The notes below the pieces were generated by a model that made no database searches, had not been told where the DNA came from, and was given only the letters and a program-made list of their open reading frames with translations. A DNA stretch of 64,000 bases from Candidatus Latescibacterota bacterium (GTDB lineage: Bacteria > Latescibacterota > UBA2968): the NCBI GenBank assembly GCA_965222605.1, contig OZ244960.1, forward strand, positions 3,744,001-3,808,000, read 5' to 3'. A program made the position numbers and the translations under genes. This document shows positions 48,369 to 58,728 of the stretch, in pieces (the first letter of the stretch is position 1; each line of letters begins with the position of its first letter).

Positions 48369-49676
48369 ATGAAATACATAGCAATATCTGAACTGTCCAA
48401 ACACATCGGCCAAAACGTTACGCTTCAGGGATGGGTGCATACCCTGCGAGACCAAAAGCATGTCCAATTTCTCATTTTGAGAAATCGCACGGGAAGTGTA
48501 CAGGTTGTTCACGAAAAGACAGGGGCGTTGGCAGGGCAGGTCTCTGCACTTACGCGAGAATCGGCGATAGCCATAAGCGGGCGCGTTGTCGAAAATTTGA
48601 GTGTTCGTCTGGGTGGTGTTGAAATTCAGCTTGCGGAGTTGCGCGTTGTCAATGTAGCCGAATCCCCGTTACCCCTGGATCCGTTTTCCGAAAATGCATC
48701 GGGTATAGATCATAGGCTGGACTGGCGGCATATTGATCTTCGCGTTCCGCGAAATCGGTTGATCTTTGAGATACAGACCACTGTTGAAAGGGCTATGCGC
48801 GAGTACTGGATGCGGAATCATTTTATTGAAATCCACTCGCCCAAATTCATGGGTACAGCCAGTGAATCGGGGGCTGAATTGTTCGCGCTGCCGTATTTCA
48901 ATACCACAGCTTATCTGGCGCAATCGCCCCAGTTTTACAAACAGATGGCGATGGCGTCTGGTTTTGATCGCGTGTTTGAGATCGCGCCCGTTTTTCGCGC
49001 CGATCCCTCGTTTACTTCGCGCCACACGACAGAGTTTACCAGTGTGGATGTTGAGATCGCATGGATTGATGGTCACGAGGATGTGATGGCGTGCGAAGAA
49101 GCGTGGCTCCAGCATGTCATTCAAGTAGTGCGAGAAAAACACGGTGACGCTATTGCCGAAAATTACGGTGTTGAAATTATGGTGCCGGCGGTGCCTTTTC
49201 CGCGCGTTACAATGGCCGAGGCATTGGCAGTGTTGTCTGAACTGGGCCACACGCCAGAGCGGGAAGGCGACCTCGATCCAAAAGGCGAACGTTTGCTCGG
49301 TGAATATATCCGGAAGACTCAGGGATGCGATTATGTCTTTGTGATAGACTACCCGGTGTCTGTGCGGCCATTTTATCACATGCGTCATGCAGAACACCCC
49401 GAGTTGACCAGGAGCTTTGACCTTCTCTGCCATGGTGTGGAGATCACTACAGGGGCGCAGCGCGAACACCGTCCCGATGTTCTGAAAGCGCAGGCAAGAG
49501 AGAAAGGGCTGGATTTAGAGACTATCCAATTTTATCTGGATTTTTTTAAGTACGGATGTCCACCGCATGGGGGATTTGGTTTTGGCCTGTCGCGCCTGCT
49601 TATGGTTATGCTCGGATTGTCCAATGTGCGCGAGACGACCTTTTTGTCTCGCACGCCCAATAGATTGCATCCATAA
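48369..49676 (+). CDS. aspS: Aspartate-tRNA(Asp/Asn) ligase, archaeal-type, probably non-discriminating
   Basis: 435 aa, no GAD insert; GWVHTLRD, YLAQSPQFYKQ, FRADPSFTSRH, GAQREHR, YGCPPHGGFG. Confidence 0.9.
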   Translation: MKYIAISELSKHIGQNVTLQGWVHTLRDQKHVQFLILRNRTGSVQVVHEKTGALAGQVSALTRESAIAISGRVVENLSVRLGGVEIQLAELRVVNVAESPLPLDPFSENASGIDHRLDWRHIDLRVPRNRLIFEIQTTVERAMREYWMRNHFIEIHSPKFMGTASESGAELFALPYFNTTAYLAQSPQFYKQMAMASGFDRVFEIAPVFRADPSFTSRHTTEFTSVDVEIAWIDGHEDVMACEEAWLQHVIQVVREKHGDAIAENYGVEIMVPAVPFPRVTMAEALAVLSELGHTPEREGDLDPKGERLLGEYIRKTQGCDYVFVIDYPVSVRPFYHMRHAEHPELTRSFDLLCHGVEITTGAQREHRPDVLKAQAREKGLDLETIQFYLDFFKYGCPPHGGFGFGLSRLLMVMLGLSNVRETTFLSRTPNRLHP

Positions 49677-49710
49677 AAAAATCCCCGGCAGTTCAAAGCT
49701 GTCGGGGATT
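49675..49710. terminator. Terminator between convergent aspS and DUF2442 genes
   Basis: A-run, AATCCCCGGCAG..CTGTCGGGGATT. Confidence 0.75.
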
Positions 49711-49729
49711 CGTCTCAGAAGGTAATTTT

Positions 49730-50026
49730 TTATTTTGTCCGCGTCGCCAACCAGCGCTGAATAGACTGCTTACTCTCGCTGCTATGCCTACCAGCCAACA
49801 AACCTTCAATACCGATATGCTCATCCAAATCAGGCCATTCAATAGCATATCCATCGCCTAACAACTGCCAGTTTTGCCGCTCCGCATTTGTTCCATGCAT
49901 CAGACGAGGATACCATTTAAAAGGAATGGAAAAACTACGCCCATCCTCTAACGATACGATAAACTTTCTATCTTCCATTTGAACATCAATAGCTACAGGT
50001 TCAATTTCAAGCATTAAAGTGGTCAT
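49730..50026 (-). CDS. DUF2442 domain protein (putative antitoxin)
   Basis: VSLEDGR..SIP..WYPRL..T..ERQNW...IEWPDLDEHI.IEGLLAG. Confidence 0.9.
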   Translation of the reverse strand: MTTLMLEIEPVAIDVQMEDRKFIVSLEDGRSFSIPFKWYPRLMHGTNAERQNWQLLGDGYAIEWPDLDEHIGIEGLLAGRHSSESKQSIQRWLATRTK

Positions 50027-50048
50027 GCCACGCCTCCAAAAATCTTTG
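50007..50048 (-). pseudogene. C-terminal remnant of the DUF4160 partner gene
   Basis: QRFLEAWHDHFNA* overlapping the DUF2442 start, directly after a TTGACA-N17-TATATT promoter (50081-50053). Confidence 0.55.
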
Positions 50049-50230
50049 GAGAAATATAGCCCAACGCCTTTTCAATGTCAATTAATCGCCAAATACTCAA
50101 CGCTTCACTCCGTATCAAGCGGGGCCCCATTTGTGGATGTTTGTGCTGCGCTGTACTTGAGTATTGCGTAATATCAGTTTTTAATTTTAATTTTTGATTG
50201 AGGTGGGTATTACATGAGAGAGGAGATTTT

Positions 50231-51226
50231 ATGCGTCAATACGATGTATATGGGCTGGGCAATGCGCTGGTGGATATCCAGTTTCGGGTTGACCCGTCAT
50301 TTTTTGAAGCGATGGGGATTGATAAGGGTGTGATGACGCTGATTGACGGAGATCGCCAGCGCGCGTTGATCGATGCTTTGGGTGGGAAAGAGATGGCGCG
50401 TTCGTCGGGTGGTTCGGCAGCCAATACGATGATCGCGTTGGCCAATTGTGGTGGAAGGGGATATTATGGATGCAAAGTGGCCGAGGATGCAGATGGCGAG
50501 TTTTATCTTCGCGATCTCAGTGCTGCGGGGGTGGCGTCCAATCCGTCACATCTCGGGCAGGGGGTTACGGGCAAGTGTCTGGTGATGATTACGGAGGATG
50601 CGGATCGCACGATGAATACATTTTTGGGGATTACGAGTACGTTTGGTGTGGCGCAGGTTGAGGATGCTGTGATTGCCGACAGTCAGTTTATTTATATCGA
50701 GGGTTATCTAATTGCAGCAGACGATGGCTTTGAAGCGGCACAGGTGGCGCAAAAGGTGGCGCAGGAGCACGGTACAAAGGTCGCGCTCACTCTGAGCGAT
50801 CCGTCTATTGTGGCTGCTTTTAAGGATCGGATGACCGCATTGGTCGATGCAGGCGTGGATATGCTGTTTTGCAATGAGGATGAAGGCAGGATATTTACCG
50901 GTGCCGAGACAACGGAAGAGGCTTTTGGCGCATTGCGCCAACGAGTAGGCGGTTTGGCTCTGACGTATGGTGCTGACGGTGCCCGGGTCTGCGACGGTGG
51001 TGATGTGTTGCATGTACCGGGTTTTGAGGTAGATGCTGTGGATACCAATGGCGCAGGTGACTCGTTTGCCGGCGCGTATTTGTTTGCTGTGACCCAGGGT
51101 TACGACACGGCTCAGGCTGCGAGGCTCGCAACGTATGTGTCCTCGCGCGTTGTCGCCAAATACGGTCCGCGTTTTGAAAGAAAATTGAATGCGGTAGAAG
51201 TCAACCGGATTTTAAAAATGCATTAA
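50231..51226 (+). CDS. Adenosine kinase / PfkB family kinase
   Basis: GLGNALVDI, SGGSAANT, DADRTMNTFLG, FCNEDE, VDTNGAGDSFAG. Confidence 0.9.
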   Translation: MRQYDVYGLGNALVDIQFRVDPSFFEAMGIDKGVMTLIDGDRQRALIDALGGKEMARSSGGSAANTMIALANCGGRGYYGCKVAEDADGEFYLRDLSAAGVASNPSHLGQGVTGKCLVMITEDADRTMNTFLGITSTFGVAQVEDAVIADSQFIYIEGYLIAADDGFEAAQVAQKVAQEHGTKVALTLSDPSIVAAFKDRMTALVDAGVDMLFCNEDEGRIFTGAETTEEAFGALRQRVGGLALTYGADGARVCDGGDVLHVPGFEVDAVDTNGAGDSFAGAYLFAVTQGYDTAQAARLATYVSSRVVAKYGPRFERKLNAVEVNRILKMH

Positions 51227-51239
51227 CCTTACCATCAAT

Positions 51240-51301
51240 GTAGGGGCGAGGCATGCCTCGCCCGTGTCCGTCATCGCGGCAAGGTTTTAGCCGCGATCCA
51301 G
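51240..51301. repeat. Composite REP (A variant + B)
   Basis: GTAGGGGCGAGGCATGCCTCGCCCG followed by GTCATCGCGGCAAGGTTTTAGCCGCGATCCAG. Confidence 0.8.
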
Positions 51302-51723
51302 TGGTTTTGATTGCTATTTTTTAAAAGCTCTGTGAGTTCTATGAATCCAAATAGTTGTCCTGTTACATACTTTAACAAATTTTTCGTTGACAAGGTTGTT
51401 TTAACTCTATTATTTATATCCGCTTACGCTTAATATAATGTTTTAGAAATTCTTATTTTGAGCGTTTTGTTCGATAAGATTTTTGAATGCACATTTTTTC
51501 ATAAAACATTGTTTTGTAATGAAATATATGTAATTCTGGGTCTGTTGAGATTATTTTTTGCACGCAAAAACGCAAGATAATTTCGATTTTCAACATGGTC
51601 TTAAATGCTTTTTTTGAGGACTAATTTGCTTTGCCGTGTACTTTATAAATCGCTTGTCTTGCCTTTTATTGGGCATTATACTATTCCCTCTTTTTAGCTC
51701 ACTCCAAACCGAAGGAGGCACTT

Positions 51724-52539
51724 TTGAAAAGATTTTTAGTTTTGTACGCCGGGGTTTTCTTATTTGCTGTATCTTCCGCCGATGCCCGCGATGCAGACCT
51801 GTGGGCTATTGGCGGATTGGTGAACTATCATCAGCCAACGGGTCCTTTGAGCGGCTGGTACGCTGGTGATTTGAAGTTCGGCTTGAATGTGAGTTATGTG
51901 GTTTCTCCGCGTTTGACCACAGAGGTGGAGTATCACTACTCGAAGTTTCGCAAGTCAAATCTGCCCGGTCGCACGTTCGAATATAGAGGTCGTCAGGTCT
52001 CAAGCCCTGAGGCCGATTCAGAGATGACCTGGAATAGCGTGGCCTCGAACTGGCTGTGGTTTTTCAGGGAAAATGCCGAGACAATGTCCGAACGGAAGTG
52101 GTCGCCTTATCTGGGTTTGGGGCTTGGTTTTTACGATTATAGCCACAAGGTGAAGCATGGCTTGATTATCCCAACCAATCCCAATATTCCCAATGAGGTG
52201 GATGATGGACGCGTGCAAGTTCTGCTGGTGTATCCCGGCAGTCCGGACTTAGATGCTTCGACTATGACCGAAGCGCAAAAGAACAGCATTGGTCTGATTG
52301 TCAATGGCCAGGTGTTATTGTATGGGAAGGAACCCACAGAGGATACGCGAACAGCGTGGACAATTCCCGTGAGTGCGGGTTTTGAGGGATCGCTGGGTTC
52401 TTCTTATGGGCTTGATTTTCGCGTGCGCTACAATCTTATCTTTGGCGAGGTCAATCCATTGACCGCCTGGGATTTGCACAAGGCGTTTCCAATAGGGACA
52501 GTGGATGCTGGTGTGAGTTTTAAATATTATTTCGAGTAA
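51724..52539 (+). CDS. Small outer-membrane beta-barrel protein
   Basis: Signal peptide, WSPYLGLGLGFY, LDFRVRYNLIF, AGVSFKYYF. Confidence 0.75.
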   Translation: MKRFLVLYAGVFLFAVSSADARDADLWAIGGLVNYHQPTGPLSGWYAGDLKFGLNVSYVVSPRLTTEVEYHYSKFRKSNLPGRTFEYRGRQVSSPEADSEMTWNSVASNWLWFFRENAETMSERKWSPYLGLGLGFYDYSHKVKHGLIIPTNPNIPNEVDDGRVQVLLVYPGSPDLDASTMTEAQKNSIGLIVNGQVLLYGKEPTEDTRTAWTIPVSAGFEGSLGSSYGLDFRVRYNLIFGEVNPLTAWDLHKAFPIGTVDAGVSFKYYFE

Positions 52540-52609
52540 TGAGCGATTCAGTTCTTCAGTATGAATGAACTGGACAATCCCACTCACCATTTTTTATGGA
52601 GGGTCGTAA

Positions 52610-55600
52610 ATGAGCAAGCGACTATTGTGTTGTTTGGGTCTGTTGAGTGCTCTGGTGATCAGCACCGGGTTGGCCTACGCGGGCACTACGGGTAAAATCA
52701 GTGGACGGATCACTGAGGCTACAGGTGGTCCACTGCCCGGTGCCAATGTGGTGATCGATATCGATGGCGTGAAACGCGCCGGGATCACCGATGAGAACGG
52801 CGAATACTTCATCATTAATATTCCACCAGGGGTCTATGATATTGAAACGGTGATGATGGGGTATTCAAAGTCTGTTCGCACAGGTGTGATAGTCAATGTT
52901 GACCATACCACGACGTTGAACTTCGAGATGCAGGAAGAAGCGCTGCAATTGGGCGAGATGATCGTCGTTGCCGAGCGTCCGCCGGTGGAGCACGACAAGA
53001 CGGAGAGTAAGTCCGTTATTACGGCAGAGGAAATCGAGTCGTTGCCGATTATCCGAGAAATGTCGGACTTTGTGGAGTTGCAGGCGGGCGTGACCCCCGA
53101 TGACGCAGAGAGCGTTCGCGGCGGCAATTTCTGGGAGACGGCGTATATGGTTGACGGGGTGCGCGTGGTGAACAACGATGGCCGCGCCGGATTTACGCGG
53201 TTTCAGGGCGTGAACACGAGTGCCGTGCAAGAACTGACGGTGTTGAGTGGTGGGATGAACGCGGAGTATGGCAATGCGGGTTCTATCGTTTCGGTGGTGA
53301 CCAAAGAAGGTGGTCAAAGGTACACGGGTAGGGGTGAATATCGCATTACGCCTCCTGGACAAAAGCACTGGGGCAACAATGTGTATGAATCGCCCGTGCA
53401 TCGCGGCAGGATGCAGTGGGGCAATAGCGAGTGGGAAAACTTGCAAGCGTGGTACCCGGGTCCCGATGGTATCCTGGGATACGACAATCAGACGGGAGAG
53501 ATAACTGATCCTCAGTTTGCCGCCGACGATGTTCAGCGCAAAGTTCATATCCGTCAGGATTACACGGGTGTGTGGGGCGGTCGCGGCGAAGCAATGCTGG
53601 GCGGCCCGATTATGAAGAAGATGGGCTTCACGCTGACGTCTTCGATGAATCGCAATCCATCGTCTTTGCCCGCGCCCACGGCGGTATCATTGTTCAATAA
53701 CCGCACGAACTTAAAGCTGACATATCGCCCGGGTAACAACGTCAAATTTAACTATGGTTCTCTGTTCAATCATCGGTCGCGGTACAATGCGGGCGTTATT
53801 CGGCGCATTGAACAGGGGTCGCGCAAGAATATGAACTCTTCTGGTCGCAACCTCTTTGTGCCCTCGGAATACTCGGGAGCGGGCAAGCGGCGCACGCGCG
53901 ATTTTTTGAATTACGCGTCTTTGACGCACACGCTATCAGCGCGCACCTTTTACGAAATTCGGTTCTCGTATTCCCGCACATCTGAAGTGAATACGGAACT
54001 GCCTTTCAATACAGATCAGCCTTATATCGAGCCGGGTATTGGCAATGACTCTGGCTGGTTTTACGTTGGCCGCCCGGTGGTGAACTGGACAAATTCAGAG
54101 CGCGATCGCTATCAGCTCAAGGTCGATTATTCGAGCCAGGTGACCAAGGGGCACTTCATCAAAACGGGTGTTGACTTTTTGTTCTACGACAACTGGGGTT
54201 TTACGCGCAACAAAAACGACTTCAGGGGTTTGATTGAGCAGTATTACAGCCAGTTCAACAATCCCAATGTCGGTGTGGTGCCGCGCCAGTATGCCGTGTA
54301 TTTCCAGGACAAGATGGAGTTTGAAGGAATTGTGGTGAATGTGGGCTTGCGCGGGTTGCGCTGGAGCCCGAATACCGAGATGCCGCAGGCAGCGTATTTT
54401 ATCCCATTTTACAAATATCACGATCCGACAAAGGTCGAGGGCATTCCGACCTATCGTCCGGAATCAATCCATGTGTTTTCGCCGCGCGTGGGTGTGTCTC
54501 ATCCGATTACGGAGAGCAGCGCGATGCACTTCACCTTTGGCAAGTTTGAACAAATCGAGCAATTCTGGTGGATTTTCTCACACAGCTACCGCACCGAAGA
54601 AGAGTTTCTGGATATAAACCAGAATGGTCGGATTGATGAGTCTGAGATAAACAACTCACTGGATGTTGTAGATGCGGGGCAGTGGGGATGGCCGAAGATC
54701 AAGCCACTCGTGACCACGAGTTTTGAAGTGGGTGCAGACTGGAACTTCATCACGGATTATACGGCTGGCTTGACGGCGTATTACAAGCAACAGGTCTTCC
54801 GCCGCAGCGGCGGCGCTTACGGGATGCAAGAGCAGGGTTTGCAGCACAACCGAACCGTGCGAGCATCGGGTCAGACGAATAACCGGGACACGCGCGGCTT
54901 TGAGTTGTCGGTAAAAAAGAAATTCAACTACATGACGGCGTTCACGATTGCCTACAATGTGCAGTGGGTTGAAAATGGTCAGTCTGGTGTTCGCGGCAAT
55001 CACTATATCAATGCAGACAGACTGGCGACAAAGAATCCGTCGAACTTTGGCAACTATGCCGGTTATATCGACAATGATGGCAACTTTTTGTCGCATTACT
55101 GGTATGAGTGGACACACGATTCCAATGGCGACGGTGATTTTATTGGCGAGGGTGTTGTTGGTCCCGGTATTGTCAATGGCAGCGATACGGGCGAAGAGTT
55201 CCCGCGGCCCATGGATGGCATTACGCGCTTTGAACGGGCACGATCCTTTGGCAGCTCGGCGCGCAATCAGATCGAACAGATCGAAGATGGTGTTGGGCGC
55301 AATAACTGGTCGCTGGATAATGAAAACAGCCTGATCAACTGGGATGGCAAAGGTGGCTCGACCTGGTTGCAGCGCAACAACCAGTCTCAGGAGTTTCGGC
55401 CTGCCAACCTGAATCGCACCAATTTTGGCACGGTGACCTTTATGTTTTCCTCGCCCGGAAAATTTGGGCCGCGGTTTGTGGGTTTCCATCCGTTTGAAAA
55501 TCTGCGCCTGAATGCGGTGTATCGCCTGTTCACGGGGCGCAGATTTTTCTATTCACCCCCAGAAAAAGGCGGCGAAGGGTTCTACAATGGCCCGATCCAC

Positions 55601-55885
55601 ACGCGTACAGATATCAACTTTGAGAAGACATTTAAATTCAACAGGCGCGCGAGCCTGACGACTTTCTTCGAAGCCTTTAATCTGTTCAACCAGAAAGATC
55701 CGCACATCAGTTATCGCGTGGATAATCAGTTGGTGGAAGTGGGTGCCGAGTACGTGGAATGGGGTGTGATTTACACGCCATTGCCGGACAATCCCGAATA
55801 TATCCAGTATGGCGATGTGGGTGACTATCTGCGCCAACAGGATTCACCTCGCGAGTTCCACTTTGGTTTGCGGATGAAATTCTAA
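52610..55885 (+). CDS. TonB-dependent receptor
   Basis: AGTTGKISG, LPGANV, VRGG..ETAYMVDG, GGMNAEYGNA, FSPRVGVSHPIT, PREFHFGLRMKF. Confidence 0.9.
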   Translation: MSKRLLCCLGLLSALVISTGLAYAGTTGKISGRITEATGGPLPGANVVIDIDGVKRAGITDENGEYFIINIPPGVYDIETVMMGYSKSVRTGVIVNVDHTTTLNFEMQEEALQLGEMIVVAERPPVEHDKTESKSVITAEEIESLPIIREMSDFVELQAGVTPDDAESVRGGNFWETAYMVDGVRVVNNDGRAGFTRFQGVNTSAVQELTVLSGGMNAEYGNAGSIVSVVTKEGGQRYTGRGEYRITPPGQKHWGNNVYESPVHRGRMQWGNSEWENLQAWYPGPDGILGYDNQTGEITDPQFAADDVQRKVHIRQDYTGVWGGRGEAMLGGPIMKKMGFTLTSSMNRNPSSLPAPTAVSLFNNRTNLKLTYRPGNNVKFNYGSLFNHRSRYNAGVIRRIEQGSRKNMNSSGRNLFVPSEYSGAGKRRTRDFLNYASLTHTLSARTFYEIRFSYSRTSEVNTELPFNTDQPYIEPGIGNDSGWFYVGRPVVNWTNSERDRYQLKVDYSSQVTKGHFIKTGVDFLFYDNWGFTRNKNDFRGLIEQYYSQFNNPNVGVVPRQYAVYFQDKMEFEGIVVNVGLRGLRWSPNTEMPQAAYFIPFYKYHDPTKVEGIPTYRPESIHVFSPRVGVSHPITESSAMHFTFGKFEQIEQFWWIFSHSYRTEEEFLDINQNGRIDESEINNSLDVVDAGQWGWPKIKPLVTTSFEVGADWNFITDYTAGLTAYYKQQVFRRSGGAYGMQEQGLQHNRTVRASGQTNNRDTRGFELSVKKKFNYMTAFTIAYNVQWVENGQSGVRGNHYINADRLATKNPSNFGNYAGYIDNDGNFLSHYWYEWTHDSNGDGDFIGEGVVGPGIVNGSDTGEEFPRPMDGITRFERARSFGSSARNQIEQIEDGVGRNNWSLDNENSLINWDGKGGSTWLQRNNQSQEFRPANLNRTNFGTVTFMFSSPGKFGPRFVGFHPFENLRLNAVYRLFTGRRFFYSPPEKGGEGFYNGPIHTRTDINFEKTFKFNRRASLTTFFEAFNLFNQKDPHISYRVDNQLVEVGAEYVEWGVIYTPLPDNPEYIQYGDVGDYLRQQDSPREFHFGLRMKF

Positions 55886-55957
55886 AGCTTAGCTTTCAGC
55901 GGTCAGCAGTCAGTGGAAAAGCCGATTGCTGACCGCTATTTAATAAGGAGTTAGCTT

Positions 55958-58702
55958 ATGCAACGGATATTTAAGAGATTTACGCGGGTGTTGCTCGCCT
56001 TTGTGGTGCTGTGGGGTGCATCGGAGTTGTGGACAGTGATCGATGCCGACGCGCAGCAGCGCACGCGCCGCCGCACAAGCGCACGCGCGAAAGTCTGGTT
56101 GTCAATGCGCAACAATGGCACCCTGGGGCACTCGCTGGATGGTGGCAGCACCTTTGGTGTTGAAGTGGGCATGAATTATCCCGCGCGGTGGGCCTCGACC
56201 TATGCGTCTGGCATTATAGGCCGCGTGAATCGGCCGGACAATTCGCGGGGCAATGGCGTGTGGGTGATGGCGCGCACAGATGACGGACGCAAGTTCGTAT
56301 CTCAAGGAGGCCCCCGCCAGCCGACCGCAGACATTTTTCCGATCCAGCACAATCCGCGCAACAATATCGAGAGCATTGGGCCGATCTGGCGGTCTGTGTG
56401 GCGTACTGGTGCTCGTCCATTTAACCTGTACAATTACGCACAGAGTGCCGCACTGTACTGGCCCCGCATGAGAAATATGAAGATCACGCACAATTTTGTG
56501 AATGGCGAGCCTGTGGAATACCAGTATGCTGTCGGTACTTATGGTGGCCTGGGACAACGCGGTTTTCCACCAGGGCCAGAAAAAGTGGAGCCAATGGATT
56601 ATTACAACTGGGGCTATGGGTTTTATCCGCTGAACAAAGAGGCATTCAAGCAGATGCTGGTGTCTTCTTATAAAACGCCTCGCGCCGGGTTGAATCAGAT
56701 GCGGTCAAATGGCGTCAAGCCCAATAATCCGCGCTTGTCGCCCGAGTTGTTCAGTGAGAATACGATGGTGACGGGCTGGTCGCAGGCTTCGGGTATTACG
56801 GTGAAGCGGATGATCCATGCGTATTCCACGCCGGGCGCGGATAATGATGTGATGATCCCCGTACCAACTCCTAAAGGCAAGCAATCTTCGATTATGACCA
56901 CGGGGGATTACGATGACTTTTTGCTCACGGAGATGGAGTTCTGGAATAATGGGGATACAGATGGCGATGGCAAGGCAGACGCCGGATATCCCAAACAACT
57001 CGACGAAGTTTATATTGTGGTCAAAAACGCATTCGTCACCAGCAGGACCGGTGCTGAGTGGGTGCCTGCTGGCGGATCGAACTCGAATGCGTGGAATTTC
57101 GTTCAGCCCTCGACGCAAGACGATTACTGGCGCTATACGCAGGCGGAGAATTACGAGCATCCGGAATATGCCTACAACTACAAGGGTGCGCCTATGCACC
57201 TGACGTATGTGTATGATGGCGATGCCGTTGCGCGATTGTGGAATGACTACGGAGAGCCTTATACCCGGTCCCGCGCCCAGCATCAGTACGTGTCAACGTC
57301 CAATTTTAAGGATGGCACTTTGCTTTCTCCGCAGTATTTCGGCATGATGCCCATTGCGACTGGCACATCCGATCATCCGTTTAATGCACTGGACCGCAAA
57401 GGCGGTTATGTGAGGCCGCAAGGTCCACAGCCGCACACCGTGCTCAGGTGGCACATGTATTCTTCGGCTCTGGGCGATGATCCCCATGGGGGCACACACG
57501 GCGAGAATCAATTGTTTGACATATACAGCGATGCTGCCGGGCAGGTCGGAGAAAATGAGACCGACCGGATGGTTCAGAGCCACGACAATGACGAATTGGG
57601 TGCGTGGATCGATGCACAGGTTTATGGTCCTTATACCCTGGGTCTTGGCGACAAAGCCAAAGTGGTGATTGCTTATGTGGGGGGTATGGCGCCCAATTCG
57701 GCCAAGTATCGCATGGATACCGGGAATTATGCGCGTCCCTACGAGTGGAATTGGCAGCAACAGAGCCTGGTCAATGAATTGGAATTGGGTCTGGAAGCGA
57801 TCCATGCACACGGCAATGAAGCGCAAAAGCTGTATGACCTGGGCTTTGACGGGCTTAACCAACCGCCCGATGTGAAGGTTAATGGGCTGACGAACTTAAA
57901 CGGCAATATCGAACTGAACTGGTCTGGTGTTGCCGATACGGCGATCGATCCAGATCTGGGGCGTCCCGATGTGCTGGGTTATCGGATCTATCGCTCTGAT
58001 TTTATGCGGGCCGGGCCGTGGGAATTGCTGGCGACGATCCCCAAAGCTGAGGGACCCGAAGGCGAACGCCAGTTGCTCGCAGGTGCGCCCGCAGGTGCTG
58101 CTTTTCTCAATCAGCCCTGGGCAGAAGGTCAGGAGGATCCTGCCGAAGCCGAGGTCGATGGTCCCTTCCGCTGGGGCACCTATCAGTTTATCGATCCAGA
58201 ACCCGATATCGGTTTTATTCACCACTATTCGGTACGCGCTTATGACGAGCAGGGCCTGGAAACCGGACATTCTGATCAGCGCAATCAGTACTTATGGCCG
58301 GTCGGTGGCGTTGTACCTCGTTTGACCTCTGCATTGCTCAACCATGAAAACGAAACCATGTCGCTGCCGATTCGGGTGGTGCCCAACCCCTGGGTACAGG
58401 GCAGGGATGAGCACAGCTATGGCGCGCCTCGCATCCGGTGGGTCAATGTGCCGAGCAGGTGTACGCTGTACATTTATACGCTGACGGGCGATCTGGCATG
58501 GCGCCAGACTTTTGATACGCTCGACCCTCAGCGGGGCAATCCGGTGGCGCGCGGCGAGATCGAGTGGGATACGCACACGGTGGGTTTGAATGCCAATACG
58601 CGCGGTCGTCTCAATGCCGGTACGTATATCTGGGCGATTGAGTCGCACCATCCCGCGAGTGAGGGGCAGATCCAGAAGGGTCTGTTTGTGATTGTCAATT
58701 GA
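55958..58702 (+). CDS. Large secreted protein with FN3-like domain and T9SS-CTD-like tail
   Basis: Signal peptide; IELNW...GYRIYRS..YSVRAYD; IRVVPNPW..NVPSRCTLYIYTLTGDL..WD..AGTYIW..KGLFVIVN. Confidence 0.75.
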   Translation: MQRIFKRFTRVLLAFVVLWGASELWTVIDADAQQRTRRRTSARAKVWLSMRNNGTLGHSLDGGSTFGVEVGMNYPARWASTYASGIIGRVNRPDNSRGNGVWVMARTDDGRKFVSQGGPRQPTADIFPIQHNPRNNIESIGPIWRSVWRTGARPFNLYNYAQSAALYWPRMRNMKITHNFVNGEPVEYQYAVGTYGGLGQRGFPPGPEKVEPMDYYNWGYGFYPLNKEAFKQMLVSSYKTPRAGLNQMRSNGVKPNNPRLSPELFSENTMVTGWSQASGITVKRMIHAYSTPGADNDVMIPVPTPKGKQSSIMTTGDYDDFLLTEMEFWNNGDTDGDGKADAGYPKQLDEVYIVVKNAFVTSRTGAEWVPAGGSNSNAWNFVQPSTQDDYWRYTQAENYEHPEYAYNYKGAPMHLTYVYDGDAVARLWNDYGEPYTRSRAQHQYVSTSNFKDGTLLSPQYFGMMPIATGTSDHPFNALDRKGGYVRPQGPQPHTVLRWHMYSSALGDDPHGGTHGENQLFDIYSDAAGQVGENETDRMVQSHDNDELGAWIDAQVYGPYTLGLGDKAKVVIAYVGGMAPNSAKYRMDTGNYARPYEWNWQQQSLVNELELGLEAIHAHGNEAQKLYDLGFDGLNQPPDVKVNGLTNLNGNIELNWSGVADTAIDPDLGRPDVLGYRIYRSDFMRAGPWELLATIPKAEGPEGERQLLAGAPAGAAFLNQPWAEGQEDPAEAEVDGPFRWGTYQFIDPEPDIGFIHHYSVRAYDEQGLETGHSDQRNQYLWPVGGVVPRLTSALLNHENETMSLPIRVVPNPWVQGRDEHSYGAPRIRWVNVPSRCTLYIYTLTGDLAWRQTFDTLDPQRGNPVARGEIEWDTHTVGLNANTRGRLNAGTYIWAIESHHPASEGQIQKGLFVIVN

Positions 58703-58728
58703 TCATTGGTCATTATTGAGGAGCAATT

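Noticed and set aside
51310-51720. AT-rich tract as an origin or ncRNA
   Set aside because: No DnaA-box cluster or convincing structure; most simply the promoter region of the TBDR operon
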